A DNA stretch of 63,923 bases, filler included, from 4 parts of 4 records of this genome joined end to end with filler, not necessarily neighbours in it, one strand, 5' to 3'. Numbered from the whole stretch's first letter, positions 42,007 to 51,830 are shown. Notes: generated by a model from the letters alone, not told the origin. A program made the numbers and translations.

Positions 42007-42676
42007 CCAACAGTTTGCCGGCAGCCACGCCATGGCGGCCGGCTGAAAGACCTGATCCCCCGGCAGCTCTTTCAAGATCGCCCAACCTGAGACGGGCTAC
42101 CCGACGCCTCGGTAAGCAGTACGTCACCGGCCTTGGGGCCGAACACTTCACGCTCTGTCGGCGTTAGGTTCATCTCCAGAAGATCTGAGAGGTTAATACC
42201 GCTGGGGGTGATGTTGGCGGCACGAACTTATTGGGTCATATGTGCGCCGAAATCCTGCTCGGGCGAGCGCTGTCGACCAAGCCGCACCTCTCCGGCCTGA
42301 TCCACGCGCACTAACGCCCAACCGCGTGGTAAATTGCGTTCAGAATGGGTGGTCGGTTTGTCCGTGTGCTTTTTTCATCAATTTTCCGGAGGAACTACCT
42401 AGCGTTAAGCTGGATGATTAACAACGCCGCTCCCCACGTCCCGTTGGCCATCGTACCGTAATCAAGTAGCGAGGGTGAGCGCAATGGAAGGTAGATGTTA
42501 AGTTCCGTCATATGATGTGCAGGACCTTTTCTGAATCGTTTGGGCTGCTCGGTAGAGATTTTGCAGATGCGCTCATAGTGCGGGGGTCCTCCGAGCACAT
42601 TGAGGCGCTTGACGACGTTACATTCAAGCATGAACAGGTCCCGATGCTACCGCAGCCGGTTTCGGCGACCTCAAGC

Positions 42677-42729
42677 GACCGCTTTGGGTCGCTGCCGGGC
42701 GAATATGCCCATCTGGCTCGGCAGGGTGG
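42677..42729 (+). repeat. Direct repeat copy 1 (~53 bp) flanking the nucleotidyltransferase gene
   Basis: GACCGCTTTGGGTCGCTGCCGGGCGAATATGCCCATCTGGCTCGGCAGGGTGG; 45/53 identical to 44237-44288 by manual alignment. Confidence 0.8.
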
Positions 42730-42932
42730 ACAATTGCCATCGATCATTTGAAATAGGAAATCCTAAACCCCCACAGCCCCTAGTGCCGCAGCTTTTCACA
42801 CCACCGTGGCCTGTCCGGCGCACTTCCCTGTCATGCGCCTGTAGAAGCATGGCGGCACCATGACTTGGTGCCAGCTTTCTGATCGGCTGTCTCTGCTTTC
42901 GCAGCGCCGACCGCCTCTTCGGCATCATCGCG

Positions 42933-43970
42933 CTAACCGTCGCTCCAAGACGGAGCGCCGTCCGCGACGGCGCTCCCCTGCTCATGCCGCCAGTCTCGAT
43001 AGAAGGGCTGCAGCTCCTCCGGAAGACTTGCTTCAAACGCGACATCAAGGGGGAACTGCCGCATGTGAGTGCTGACCGCATCGAGAAGCGCCGCACCCTG
43101 AATAGCGTCCTTTTTCCGTTTCAGGGGATTTCGCTTCTCTTGCGCTGCCATCCAGAGCTTCTGGAGCGCGAACCAGCGGGGATCGGGCGCAACGATGCGC
43201 GCTGGTGAGCCGTCCCGGCCGACAACGACGTGGGAGACCCGCATGCCCGGGAGCAGCCATTCCTGCTCCGGCAACGGGATCGGCTTTGGCTTGTCCAGCC
43301 GGTGCATGGTTTCGATCCTGGATTCCGCGCTCAGCAGCTCGAATTCGTAGGCCGAGGAGTTGCGTGCCTGGAACGGTCGCTCCGAATTTATAGTATAGGT
43401 CCCGTCGACGGCCTTGAGCATGGTCCAGACGGTAGCGGTCTTGTCCGGTAGTGGCGGCTCCGTGCCGTCATAGGACCAAGCCATGTCGAAATCGTCCGTT
43501 TCGTCCGGCACCTGGTCGAAACGTCCGCCGGCCTCGAGCGCGTAAGCGGGCATGGCATTGGTCCCGACCACGATTAGATGCGATCCAAGTAAGCGGCGGC
43601 GATCCGCTTCCCGGAGGATCTTCGCCGCCTCGCTCGCGATCATCGGTAGGCGCAGGGCCCGGTAGAGACGACAGGTTTCCTGCAGCCGTGCCGCGCTGAC
43701 TTTCGCGCGTTCGCTCAGCGAGTCTTTTTCCTCGCGATACCGCTTGTAACGCTCTTCGGTTTCAGGGGAACGGGCACCCAGGCTTTTACCGTTCCCCTGT
43801 CGGTCCGCGGTCTCGTAAAGATAGTCGCGTCCGGACACCGTTTTCCATTTCATCCCATAGGGCAGCGTAAAGAGGGATCGCTGTGTCTTGATCCAGACAT
43901 CGTAATGCTGTTCAAGATTCGCGGCGACGCGGAGCTGCTCGTCGGAGAAGGTTAAAATGTTTGTCGCCAT
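42933..43970 (-). CDS. GSU2403-family (NTP_transf_8-like) nucleotidyltransferase-fold protein
   Basis: VVGTNAMPAY and ETDDFD (DxD); APDPRWFALQKLW...KRKKD; N-terminal MKWKTVSGRDYLY. Confidence 0.8.
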   Translation of the reverse strand: MATNILTFSDEQLRVAANLEQHYDVWIKTQRSLFTLPYGMKWKTVSGRDYLYETADRQGNGKSLGARSPETEERYKRYREEKDSLSERAKVSAARLQETCRLYRALRLPMIASEAAKILREADRRRLLGSHLIVVGTNAMPAYALEAGGRFDQVPDETDDFDMAWSYDGTEPPLPDKTATVWTMLKAVDGTYTINSERPFQARNSSAYEFELLSAESRIETMHRLDKPKPIPLPEQEWLLPGMRVSHVVVGRDGSPARIVAPDPRWFALQKLWMAAQEKRNPLKRKKDAIQGAALLDAVSTHMRQFPLDVAFEASLPEELQPFYRDWRHEQGSAVADGAPSWSDG

Positions 43971-43973
43971 GAG

Positions 43974-44019
43974 AATTTATCCCGCAAAATCATGCATTAG
44001 GTATTTTGCGGGATAAATT
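43974..44019. promoter_or_regulatory. Perfect 17-bp inverted repeat (candidate operator) immediately upstream of the nucleotidyltransferase
   Basis: AATTTATCCCGCAAAAT-N12-ATTTTGCGGGATAAATT, 3 bp from the ATG. Confidence 0.7.
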
Positions 44020-44236
44020 GTTTTTATGCAAATAGTTGAGCTTTGTTGCGGCATCGACGCCCCGTGAACCGCTCCTGCGCACATCTATGAGCCTAAAGAG
44101 GCAAGCCTTCCCCTTGGTCGGAGCCGAAGTCTCCTCCCCACACCCCCTTCTGTGGGGATACCCCGCTCCCCCAATGAGTGAGTGGCCGCTATCCGCATAG
44201 TCCGTAATACGGCCGGTCGCGTGGCTTCAATTGCCT

Positions 44237-44288
44237 GACCGCTTTGGGTCGCAGCCAGCCGAATGGGCCATCAGGCTCTGCAGGGTGG
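44237..44288 (+). repeat. Direct repeat copy 2 flanking the nucleotidyltransferase gene
   Basis: GACCGCTTTGGGTCGCAGCCAGCCGAATGGGCCATCAGGCTCTGCAGGGTGG. Confidence 0.8.
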
Positions 44289-44476
44289 GGAGCGGACACT
44301 CGCCCACTTAACGTGAGGCTCGCAGTCGTAATTTTGATCCACACGCGCTCCACTTCAGGCGGCGACGTGCCCTTCGCCTAAGCCTGCTCTGCCCCATGCT
44401 GCGCCGCCTATCGGGGGTCTTTTGACACAGCATGAGAAACCCTGCGACCCCGGTTCACCCCATAGGTGGAATCCCG

Positions 44477-44520
44477 TTGACGGCAGAAAAATATATCGAT
44501 ATATCCAGAATTATGGATAT
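44477..44520 (+). promoter_or_regulatory. Putative arsR promoter/operator
   Basis: TTGACG -35-like hexamer; palindromes ATATATCGATATAT (44491-44504) and ATATCCA-N6-TGGATAT (44501-44520) overlapping the start codon. Confidence 0.6.
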
Positions 44521-45460
44521 AAAAACCTCGCTAAAAGCACTCACAGCCCTGGCGCAAGAAAGCCGTCTGGCGGTTTTTCGTCTCCTCGTTCGCGCGGGCA
44601 AGGATGGTATGCCGGCAGGTGAGATCGCCCGATCACTGGGTGTTCCACAGAACACGATGTCGGCTCATCTCTCCATTCTTGCAAATGCAGATCTGGTTAT
44701 GTCGCGCAAGGTTGGCCGGTCAGCGATCTACAGTGTCGATCTGAAAACCACCCACGGTCTCTTGTCGTATTTGCTGGAAGACTGTTGCCGGGGCCGGCCG
44801 GAAGTCTGTGCACCAATTCTGGCCAGCATCTTTTCAGAGGGTGACAATCTTGATCTGAGTCCGGCTGACATTACGGCTGCAACCGAGGTCGTCTCAAGCG
44901 ATGTTCGGATCACTCACACTCCAGATGCGGCATTCAACGTCCTGTTCCTCTGCACGGGGAATTCGGCACGTAGCATCATGGCCGAGGCCATCATCAATCG
45001 CATCGGTGCCGGGAAATTCCGCGGGTTCAGCGCCGGCAGCCATCCCAAAGGCATTGTTAACCCATATGCCCTGGATTTACTGAATCGCCTCGGATACGCG
45101 ACGAGCAATGTCCGGTCCAAATCCTGGGACGAGTTCTCCGGTAGCGATGCTCCGCCCATAGACTTTGTTTTCACCCTCTGCGATGCGGCCTCTCGCGAGG
45201 TGTGTCCAGCATGGCCGGGGCAACCGATCACTGCCCATTGGGGCATTTCAATTCCTGATTCCGCGAATAACTCGGAAGCAGAGCGGCACATTGCGTTCGC
45301 GGAAGTCTTTCGGATGATCAGCAACCGCATCAGCGTTTTCACCAGCCTTCCTCTTCACGCGATGGACCGGTTCAGTCTTCAGCGACGCCTGGACGACATT
45401 GGCGTTCCGTATTCAGCGATGTCGCGACGCATTCCCTCAACCGAATTCAATGCGAGTTGA
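44513..45460 (+). CDS. arsR: ArsR repressor fused to an arsenate reductase (ArsC/LMW-PTP) domain
   Basis: ALAQESRLAVFRLL...PQNTMSAHL HTH and EDCCRGRPEVC; then VLFLCTGNSARSIMAEA and TLCD...VCPAWPG. Confidence 0.88.
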   Translation: MDIKTSLKALTALAQESRLAVFRLLVRAGKDGMPAGEIARSLGVPQNTMSAHLSILANADLVMSRKVGRSAIYSVDLKTTHGLLSYLLEDCCRGRPEVCAPILASIFSEGDNLDLSPADITAATEVVSSDVRITHTPDAAFNVLFLCTGNSARSIMAEAIINRIGAGKFRGFSAGSHPKGIVNPYALDLLNRLGYATSNVRSKSWDEFSGSDAPPIDFVFTLCDAASREVCPAWPGQPITAHWGISIPDSANNSEAERHIAFAEVFRMISNRISVFTSLPLHAMDRFSLQRRLDDIGVPYSAMSRRIPSTEFNAS

Positions 45461-45749
45461 TCATGCGGACCTGGCGTCGCCGGATTGACAAGATGTTCCG
45501 TTGCGCGCCGACCTTTATTTGTAATGGCGTAAGCTTGGCGGCAGACACGGGACATCCGGAACGCACGCACCGACCCCGCAAGAGTTGCCCCCGTAAGGTA
45601 GGCGCCACTTCGTCAAACCATATTCTGATTGCGCCTCACATCAGACGCGCAACCACGCCCAATCGGCTAACACCGGTTGGGTCCTTCCCTGGTCTTTTGA
45701 CCAGTTCGCTTTTTCACGCAGAACCAATCATGCCAGAAATCCGAAAGGG

Positions 45750-46754
45750 ATGACGATGCTTACACTCAGACAAGGTCTGTCCACTATAGCGCTCGCGGCC
45801 AGTGTTGCTGTTGGCTTTACTGTGGACGGCATTGCCCAGGAAGTCGTTCAGGTTGATGGCTCCAGCACGGTTTTCCCTGTGTCGGAAGCATTTGCCGAAG
45901 AATTTCAGATCGCGACCGGCAAGCGCGTCGTGGTCGGCGTTTCCGGCACCGGTGGTGGCTTCAAGAAGTTCTGCCGCGGCGAGACGAGCTTCTCCGGTGC
46001 CTCCCGCCCGATCAAGACCTCCGAAGTAGAGCTTTGCAAGGAAAACGACATCGAGTTCATAGAAATGCCGGTCGCCATGGACGCGCTGGCTGTCATCGTG
46101 AACCCGGGGAACGATTTCGCCAACTGCATGACCATCGATGAGCTCAAGACCATCTACGAGCCGGCCGCCCAGGGTAAGGTCAGCAACTGGAACCAGGTAA
46201 AGTCTGACTACCCCGATCTGGAACTGTCCATCTTCGGCGCCGGCACCGATTCCGGCACCTACGATTACTTCACCTTCGCCGTTGTTGGTGAAGAAGGCGC
46301 ATCCCGCGGTGATTTCACCGCCACGGAAGACGACAACATCACCATTCAGGGTGTGTCGACGGACAAGGCCGCGATTGGTTTCCTTGGTCTTGCCTATGTT
46401 GAAGAGAACCGAGGCCGCGTGAAGCCGGTCGAGATCTCCTACAATGGTGGCGCATGCATCGCACCGACCACGGACACAGCTGGTGACGGCTCCTACCAGC
46501 CGCTGACCCGTCCTCTCTTCATCTATGCCAACAAGGCGCATCTCGACGAGAAGCCGGAAGTCCTGGAATACGCGAAGTTCATGTTCGACCCCGCGCATGC
46601 CCAGAAGCTTGTCGCCGAGACGGGCTACCTCGCGCTGCCGAAGAAGGCCTTCGCACTGGCCGAAAAGAAGATCGACGCACGCAAGACCGGCTCGTTCTTC
46701 GATGGCGGCTCCAAGATTGGCGTGAGCGTCGACGATCTGCTCGCAGCCAACTGA
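45750..46754 (+). CDS. pstS: Phosphate ABC transporter substrate-binding protein PstS
   Basis: Signal peptide, [28 protein letters not shown]. Confidence 0.92.
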   Translation: MTMLTLRQGLSTIALAASVAVGFTVDGIAQEVVQVDGSSTVFPVSEAFAEEFQIATGKRVVVGVSGTGGGFKKFCRGETSFSGASRPIKTSEVELCKENDIEFIEMPVAMDALAVIVNPGNDFANCMTIDELKTIYEPAAQGKVSNWNQVKSDYPDLELSIFGAGTDSGTYDYFTFAVVGEEGASRGDFTATEDDNITIQGVSTDKAAIGFLGLAYVEENRGRVKPVEISYNGGACIAPTTDTAGDGSYQPLTRPLFIYANKAHLDEKPEVLEYAKFMFDPAHAQKLVAETGYLALPKKAFALAEKKIDARKTGSFFDGGSKIGVSVDDLLAAN

Positions 46755-46768
46755 GACTGACACCACAA

Positions 46769-46794
46769 GCGGCGGGCCGATTTCGGCCCGCCGT
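46769..46794 (+). terminator. Stem-loop between pstS and pstC
   Basis: GCGGCGGGCCGA-TT-TCGGCCCGCCGT; probably an mRNA-stabilising or partial terminator hairpin. Confidence 0.55.
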
Positions 46795-46814
46795 TCATTC
46801 TCGATATCGGAGGA

Positions 46815-47750
46815 GTGACGGTGTCAAGCGTCATACCGACAGCCAGTGAGCTTCTGAAAAACGGCTTCGTCGCACGGCGGCGTCTCATCGTCAAAATAAC
46901 GACGATATCCTTGTTTTTGTGTGCAGCCCTCTCGATCTTCATTACCACGGCGATCGTCGTGATCCTCGTGCGTGACTCATGGACGTTCTTCGCAGAGATA
47001 CCGCTGACGGATTTCCTGTTCGGCACCATGTGGACACCGGTCTTCTCGAACCCGCAATTCGGTGTGCTGCCCCTGCTGGCAGCAACGCTGCAGACCGCCG
47101 GACTGGCCATGCTGATCGCGGTTCCATTTGGTCTCATCATGGCGATTTATCTCAGCGAGTATGCCAGACCGGCGGTGCGCGAGACGATCAAGCCCGCGCT
47201 GGAGATGCTCGAAGCGGTACCGACCGTGGTGTACGGGTATTTCGCGCTGCTCGTGATGACACCTTTCCTGCAGACGTTTGTCCCGGGCCTGAAGGGTATC
47301 AACCTGCTGGTGCCCGGCATCATCCTCGGCATCATGATCCTGCCCTATGTTGTCTCGGTGTCGGAAGATGCCATGCGCGCCGTGCCTAACGGCCTGCGCG
47401 AGGGAGCTTACGCGCTCGGCATGGCGCGATGGCAGGTCGCCATACGGGTGGTCATTCCCGGAGCATTTTCGGGCATTACCGCAGCTTTCATTCTCGGCAT
47501 GTCGCGCGCCGTCGGCGAAACGATGGTGCTGGCCATCGCCGCGGGTCAAAACCCCAATCTCACATGGGATCCGCGCGAAGGCGCCGCCACCATCACCGCG
47601 TACATCGTGCAGATGAGCCTGGGCGACGTGGCCCACGGGTCACTGGCTTACACGACGATCTTCGCGGTCGGCCTGCTGCTCTTCCTGATTACCCTCACAT
47701 TCAACGTCATCGGCTTCTACCTGCGCCGCAAATTCCGCGAGGCTTACTGA
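46815..47750 (+). CDS. pstC: Phosphate ABC transporter permease PstC
   Basis: FGVLPLL, LEAVPTVVYG, SRAVGETM. Confidence 0.92.
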   Translation: MTVSSVIPTASELLKNGFVARRRLIVKITTISLFLCAALSIFITTAIVVILVRDSWTFFAEIPLTDFLFGTMWTPVFSNPQFGVLPLLAATLQTAGLAMLIAVPFGLIMAIYLSEYARPAVRETIKPALEMLEAVPTVVYGYFALLVMTPFLQTFVPGLKGINLLVPGIILGIMILPYVVSVSEDAMRAVPNGLREGAYALGMARWQVAIRVVIPGAFSGITAAFILGMSRAVGETMVLAIAAGQNPNLTWDPREGAATITAYIVQMSLGDVAHGSLAYTTIFAVGLLLFLITLTFNVIGFYLRRKFREAY

Positions 47751-47751
47751 G

Positions 47752-48705
47752 ATGACTGTCACGACTGAAGGAAATCTCGGTACGCCGATCAGTAACGGCA
47801 AGGCCGCCTTCGATGCCGTACGTTCAGCAAAGCGTAAGGACATCATTTTTGCCGTTGGCGGCCTTGTCGTCATGGCCATCGCCATGACGTTGCTCCTCAC
47901 CCTGATCGGCGACCTTATGCTGCGCGGGCTGATGCGGATCGACTACGATTTCCTGACGAATTTCCCATCCCGCAGAGCCGCGCGAGCCGGCATCCTCTCC
48001 GCCTGGGTCGGCTCCCTTCTTGTCATGCTGGTGACGGCTTTGCTCGCCATTCCGATTGGCGTCGCCGCAGGTCTCTATCTTGAGGAATATGCGAAGAAGG
48101 GAAGGCTCGCGAACATCATCGAGATCAACGTGGCGAACCTTGCCGGCGTGCCCTCGATAATCTACGGCCTGCTCGCGCTCGGCCTTTTCGTCTATGGCAT
48201 GAATCTCGGCAAGACGGTCCTGGTCGCCGGAATGACACTCGCGCTGCTTATTCTGCCGATCATCATCGTCTCCACGCGGGAAGCGGTGCGGTCCATCCCC
48301 CGCATCATCAAGGAAGGTGCCTACGGTCTCGGCGCCGACCGGTGGCAGGTGATGTGGAGCTACATCATTCCAGCCGCCCGGCCCGGCATCCTGACCGGGG
48401 CCATCGTCGGCCTCAGCCGCGCCATCGGCGAGACGGCACCGATCATCACAATCGGTGCGCTGACTTTCATCGCCTTCCTGCCACCAGCGCCGGTATCGGC
48501 TGAATTCCCTTTCATTTCGTTCGAATGGCTGAGCGCGCCCTTCACCGTCCTGCCGATCCAGATGTTCAATTGGGTGTCGCGTCCCCAGGCCGACTTCCAC
48601 ACGAACGCGGCGGCAACCGGTGTCGCGCTGATGACTCTCACCCTATCGCTTAACGGTGTTGCGATCTGGATACGCTACCGGCTTCGCAAAGCGCACAGGA
48701 ACTGA
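47752..48705 (+). CDS. pstA: Phosphate ABC transporter permease PstA
   Basis: [24 protein letters not shown]. Confidence 0.92.
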   Translation: MTVTTEGNLGTPISNGKAAFDAVRSAKRKDIIFAVGGLVVMAIAMTLLLTLIGDLMLRGLMRIDYDFLTNFPSRRAARAGILSAWVGSLLVMLVTALLAIPIGVAAGLYLEEYAKKGRLANIIEINVANLAGVPSIIYGLLALGLFVYGMNLGKTVLVAGMTLALLILPIIIVSTREAVRSIPRIIKEGAYGLGADRWQVMWSYIIPAARPGILTGAIVGLSRAIGETAPIITIGALTFIAFLPPAPVSAEFPFISFEWLSAPFTVLPIQMFNWVSRPQADFHTNAAATGVALMTLTLSLNGVAIWIRYRLRKAHRN

Positions 48706-48721
48706 TCTCAAGGTGAACAAT

Positions 48722-49582
48722 ATGAATATTGGCGATGCCCAGGCTAACAGGGTTTCCGAAACTCCTGCTTCCGCCTCCACAGGAGATCTGCCCCCGATCA
48801 AGCCCGCGGCCGAACAAGAAGCCCTGCGCGCCCGGATTGAAGGCTTCAACTTCTTTTATTCTGACGGTACGCAGGCGATAAAAGATGTGGATATGCCAAT
48901 CCTCGACCGGAAGGTGACAGCAATCATCGGGCCTTCCGGCTGCGGCAAGTCCACACTGCTTCGCAGCCTCAACCGGATGCACGATCTGTATCCGGGCAAC
49001 CGCTACGAGGGACGGATCATTCTTGAGCCCGAGGGCGAAAATCTGATCGGCCCCGATGCGGATGCGGTTATGGTCCGGCTGCGCATCGGCATGGTGTTTC
49101 AGAAGCCAAACCCTTTTCCGAAATCGATCTACGAGAACGTCGCTGCGGGATTGCGTGTGCGGGGCGTCAAGAACCGCACGGTGATCGATGAGGCCGTGGA
49201 AGGCGCGCTCAAGCGCGCCGCGGTCTGGGATGAAACCAAGGACAAGCTGCACGGCTCCGCCTATGACCTTTCGGGCGGACAACAGCAGCGTCTCTGCATC
49301 GCTCGCGCCCTCGCCTCTAACCCCGAAATCCTGCTTCTTGACGAGCCGACATCTGCTCTCGACCCGATCGCAACGGCGAAGATCGAGGACCTCGTGCAAG
49401 AGCTTTCGGACAGCGTGACGATCGTGATCGTGACGCACAACATGCAACAGGCGGCGCGCATCTCATACCGCACGGCTTTCATGTATCTGGGCGAATTGAT
49501 CGAGTTTGGCGTGACGGATCAGGTCTTCAAGGCTCCGCAGCACCCGAGAACCGAGAACTACATAACAGGCCGCTACGGTTGA
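48722..49582 (+). CDS. pstB: Phosphate ABC transporter ATP-binding protein PstB
   Basis: [42 protein letters not shown]. Confidence 0.95.
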   Translation: MNIGDAQANRVSETPASASTGDLPPIKPAAEQEALRARIEGFNFFYSDGTQAIKDVDMPILDRKVTAIIGPSGCGKSTLLRSLNRMHDLYPGNRYEGRIILEPEGENLIGPDADAVMVRLRIGMVFQKPNPFPKSIYENVAAGLRVRGVKNRTVIDEAVEGALKRAAVWDETKDKLHGSAYDLSGGQQQRLCIARALASNPEILLLDEPTSALDPIATAKIEDLVQELSDSVTIVIVTHNMQQAARISYRTAFMYLGELIEFGVTDQVFKAPQHPRTENYITGRYG

Positions 49583-49630
49583 TCCCGTCTGCGGGGCTGT
49601 TTCGGGAACACCTATGTTGAGGGTTGGAAA

Positions 49631-50308
49631 ATGACTGAGAAACACACACTGCGTTCGTTCGATGAAGCCCTGGCGAACCTGTCGTCACAAGTTTGCGCGA
49701 TGGGCCAGCAGGTGATCCAGATGGTGGACACTGCCGGCAGGGTTTTCCGCGAACGGGATGTTGCCGGCGCTAAAGATCTGGTTCGGGAAGACCTGCAGAT
49801 CGACCGGCAACATGATGCCATCAATGTCGATGTCGTAAATGTGCTGTCCCGTTTCCATCCCGTCGCGCGTGACCTGCGTGAGGTGCTGGCAATGGAACAT
49901 ATGGCGGCTAATTTCGAACGGGTCGCAGACCACGCAAAAAGTATCGCCAAACGCTCGATCGGCGGCTCGGCTCCACTGGAGTCTGAAGGAGGCGCGGAGC
50001 TCCTTAATCAGCTGCACGAAGCCGTTGTGCGCACCCTTCGCGACGTGGTGCACGCACTGGAGCATCGCGATGTTCCGCTTGCGGATAAGGTACGCCGCAA
50101 CGATGGGCAGATGGACCGGATCTATGACGACCTGTTCCATATGATTCTTGCCGATCTCCAGGTTTCGCAAGGAACGGCGGTCAACGAGGTTCAGGCGCTG
50201 TTTGTCGGCAAGAGCCTGGAGCGTATCGGCGATCACGCGACCAACATCGCCGAGGAAATCAGGTTTATGGCCAAAGGAGATCAGCCATCGGCGACCCGAG
50301 ATGTCTGA
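49631..50308 (+). CDS. phoU: Phosphate signalling protein PhoU
   Basis: PVARDLR, FERVADHA, LERIGDHATNIAE. Confidence 0.93.
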   Translation: MTEKHTLRSFDEALANLSSQVCAMGQQVIQMVDTAGRVFRERDVAGAKDLVREDLQIDRQHDAINVDVVNVLSRFHPVARDLREVLAMEHMAANFERVADHAKSIAKRSIGGSAPLESEGGAELLNQLHEAVVRTLRDVVHALEHRDVPLADKVRRNDGQMDRIYDDLFHMILADLQVSQGTAVNEVQALFVGKSLERIGDHATNIAEEIRFMAKGDQPSATRDV

Positions 50309-50681
50309 GATGTCTCGGCGGGAAACGGCTCACGACTATCTCCATCCGTCCGCTTTCGATGAGTTCGGTGGGCCAAGATATTTGAGGTTCGACGACCTGC
50401 TCATCGACCTCCCGGCGTACCGCGTCAGTCTGGCTGGGCGAGTGATTGATCTGGGCCCCATGGAGTACAAATTGCTGTGCTTCTTGCTTCGACACCCGTC
50501 AAAGGCGTTTACCCGCGAGCAACTGATCGACAACGTTTGGCCCGTCGGCACAATGATTGACGAGCGAACAGTGGATGTTCACATCGCCCGCATACGCAGG
50601 GCCTTGACCCGGCACGGGCATGCCGCCCCGATCCGAACCGTCAGGTCAGTCGGGTATGGGCTGGGACGCAGTCGGCAGTAA
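50301..50681 (+). CDS. phoB: OmpR/PhoB winged-helix DNA-binding protein lacking a receiver domain
   Basis: LGPMEYKLL, FTREQLIDNVW, ERTVDVHIARIR, IRTVRSVGY; only ~126 aa; directly after phoU. Confidence 0.75.
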   Translation: MSEMSRRETAHDYLHPSAFDEFGGPRYLRFDDLLIDLPAYRVSLAGRVIDLGPMEYKLLCFLLRHPSKAFTREQLIDNVWPVGTMIDERTVDVHIARIRRALTRHGHAAPIRTVRSVGYGLGRSRQ

Positions 50682-50924
50682 CGTATAAAACCCGCCCCGT
50701 TAGCGGGCCGTAGCATTTTATCGTCTGACCTCATCAGCATAAGGCTCGATGAAGCCTGGCCCAATCTTGAAATCCCTGAATGGATTTCCCGTCGTCCGGC
50801 AAATATCACAACCATCCGTGCCCATACCGGGTTGCAACGGTGCCGATAGAACGTTTCGATCGCCGCTCGCTGGCGCTATGATCTCGGGAATGCTCGACGC
50901 AAGATCGGGCTCTGGAGGGATCGC

Positions 50925-51830
50925 ATGCTGAAGAAGGAGCCGGTGGCCGGGCTGCGGCTCGCGCATTGGATGATGAATCGCCGCTCCATGGTTTCCGGCG
51001 CGGTTGCCGGACTTGCGCTGGCGGGCATGCCAAACGCTCTCCACGCTGCAGGTGAAGAAATCCGTTTCGGGCTCACGCCTGTGATGCTGACCTCGGACCT
51101 TGATCTGCTGTCAACTTTGCGTCTCTATCTGGAGAAAGCCACGGGGCGCAACATTCGGCTCGTGACGAAACGAACCTATCAGGAAATCACCGCCCTCCTT
51201 GTCACCGGCCAACTCGATGCGGCCTGGATCTGCGGCTATCCCTTCATTCGCTATGCGGACCGGTTGTCTCTCGTTGCCGTTCCCGTTTGGCAGAAGCAAC
51301 CTCTCTACCGCTCATATGTTATCGTCGGACAAGACCGGGAGATCGGTGAAGCATCCGAACTTGCCGGTGACATCCACGCATTCTCCGACCCGGACAGCAA
51401 TTCCGGCTTCCTCGTCACTGAGGCTCTGATCGCCGCCCTCGGCCATGATCCGCGAACCTTCTTTGACCGCACCTTCTTTACATACGGCCACCGCAACGTC
51501 GTTCGCGCTGTGGCTAGCGGACTGGCGCAGAGTGGAAGCGTCGATGGCTATGTCTGGGAAGTCCTTTCGCAAGTCGATCCCGCCATGACGTCACGCACAC
51601 GTGTGCTGTGGCAATCAGAGCTGTTGGGCTTTCCGCCGATCGCAACAGCACGGGCTGCAATACATCTGCCCCATATGGAAGCATTGCAGAGTGCCTTCCT
51701 CAAAATGGCGGACGATCCGACCGGTCGGGATGTGCTTCACGCTCTTCGCCTCGACGGTTTTACACAAGGCTCTCCGTCTCTGTTCGACGGCATAGCCCAG
51801 AAATACGCATCGGTAAGGGACTTCGTATGA
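50925..51830 (+). CDS. aioX: Periplasmic arsenite-binding protein AioX (PhnD-like)
   Basis: Twin-arginine-like signal NRRS, WICGYPF cysteine motif, SDPDSNSG; upstream of aioSR. Confidence 0.88.
   Translation: MLKKEPVAGLRLAHWMMNRRSMVSGAVAGLALAGMPNALHAAGEEIRFGLTPVMLTSDLDLLSTLRLYLEKATGRNIRLVTKRTYQEITALLVTGQLDAAWICGYPFIRYADRLSLVAVPVWQKQPLYRSYVIVGQDREIGEASELAGDIHAFSDPDSNSGFLVTEALIAALGHDPRTFFDRTFFTYGHRNVVRAVASGLAQSGSVDGYVWEVLSQVDPAMTSRTRVLWQSELLGFPPIATARAAIHLPHMEALQSAFLKMADDPTGRDVLHALRLDGFTQGSPSLFDGIAQKYASVRDFV

Noticed and set aside
44135-44158. TCCCCACA...TGTGGGGA hairpin as an oriT or regulatory site
   Set aside because: An 8-bp stem alone is too weak, and no relaxase is nearby.
34978-44303. 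CRISPR array or canonical integron attC sites
   Set aside because: Only 2-3 dispersed copies kilobases apart, no regular spacers, no cas or intI gene, and no RYYYAAC/GTTRRRY ends.
45457-45753. 98-aa ORF between arsRC and pstS
   Set aside because: No motifs and atypical composition; more likely the pstS promoter region.
45714-49447. Minus-strand ORFs of 200-350 aa over the pst operon
   Set aside because: Shadows of well-supported pst genes in GC-rich DNA.
155-49582. Two pstSCAB operons as a duplication or linked system
   Set aside because: They lie on different contigs from apparently different taxa.
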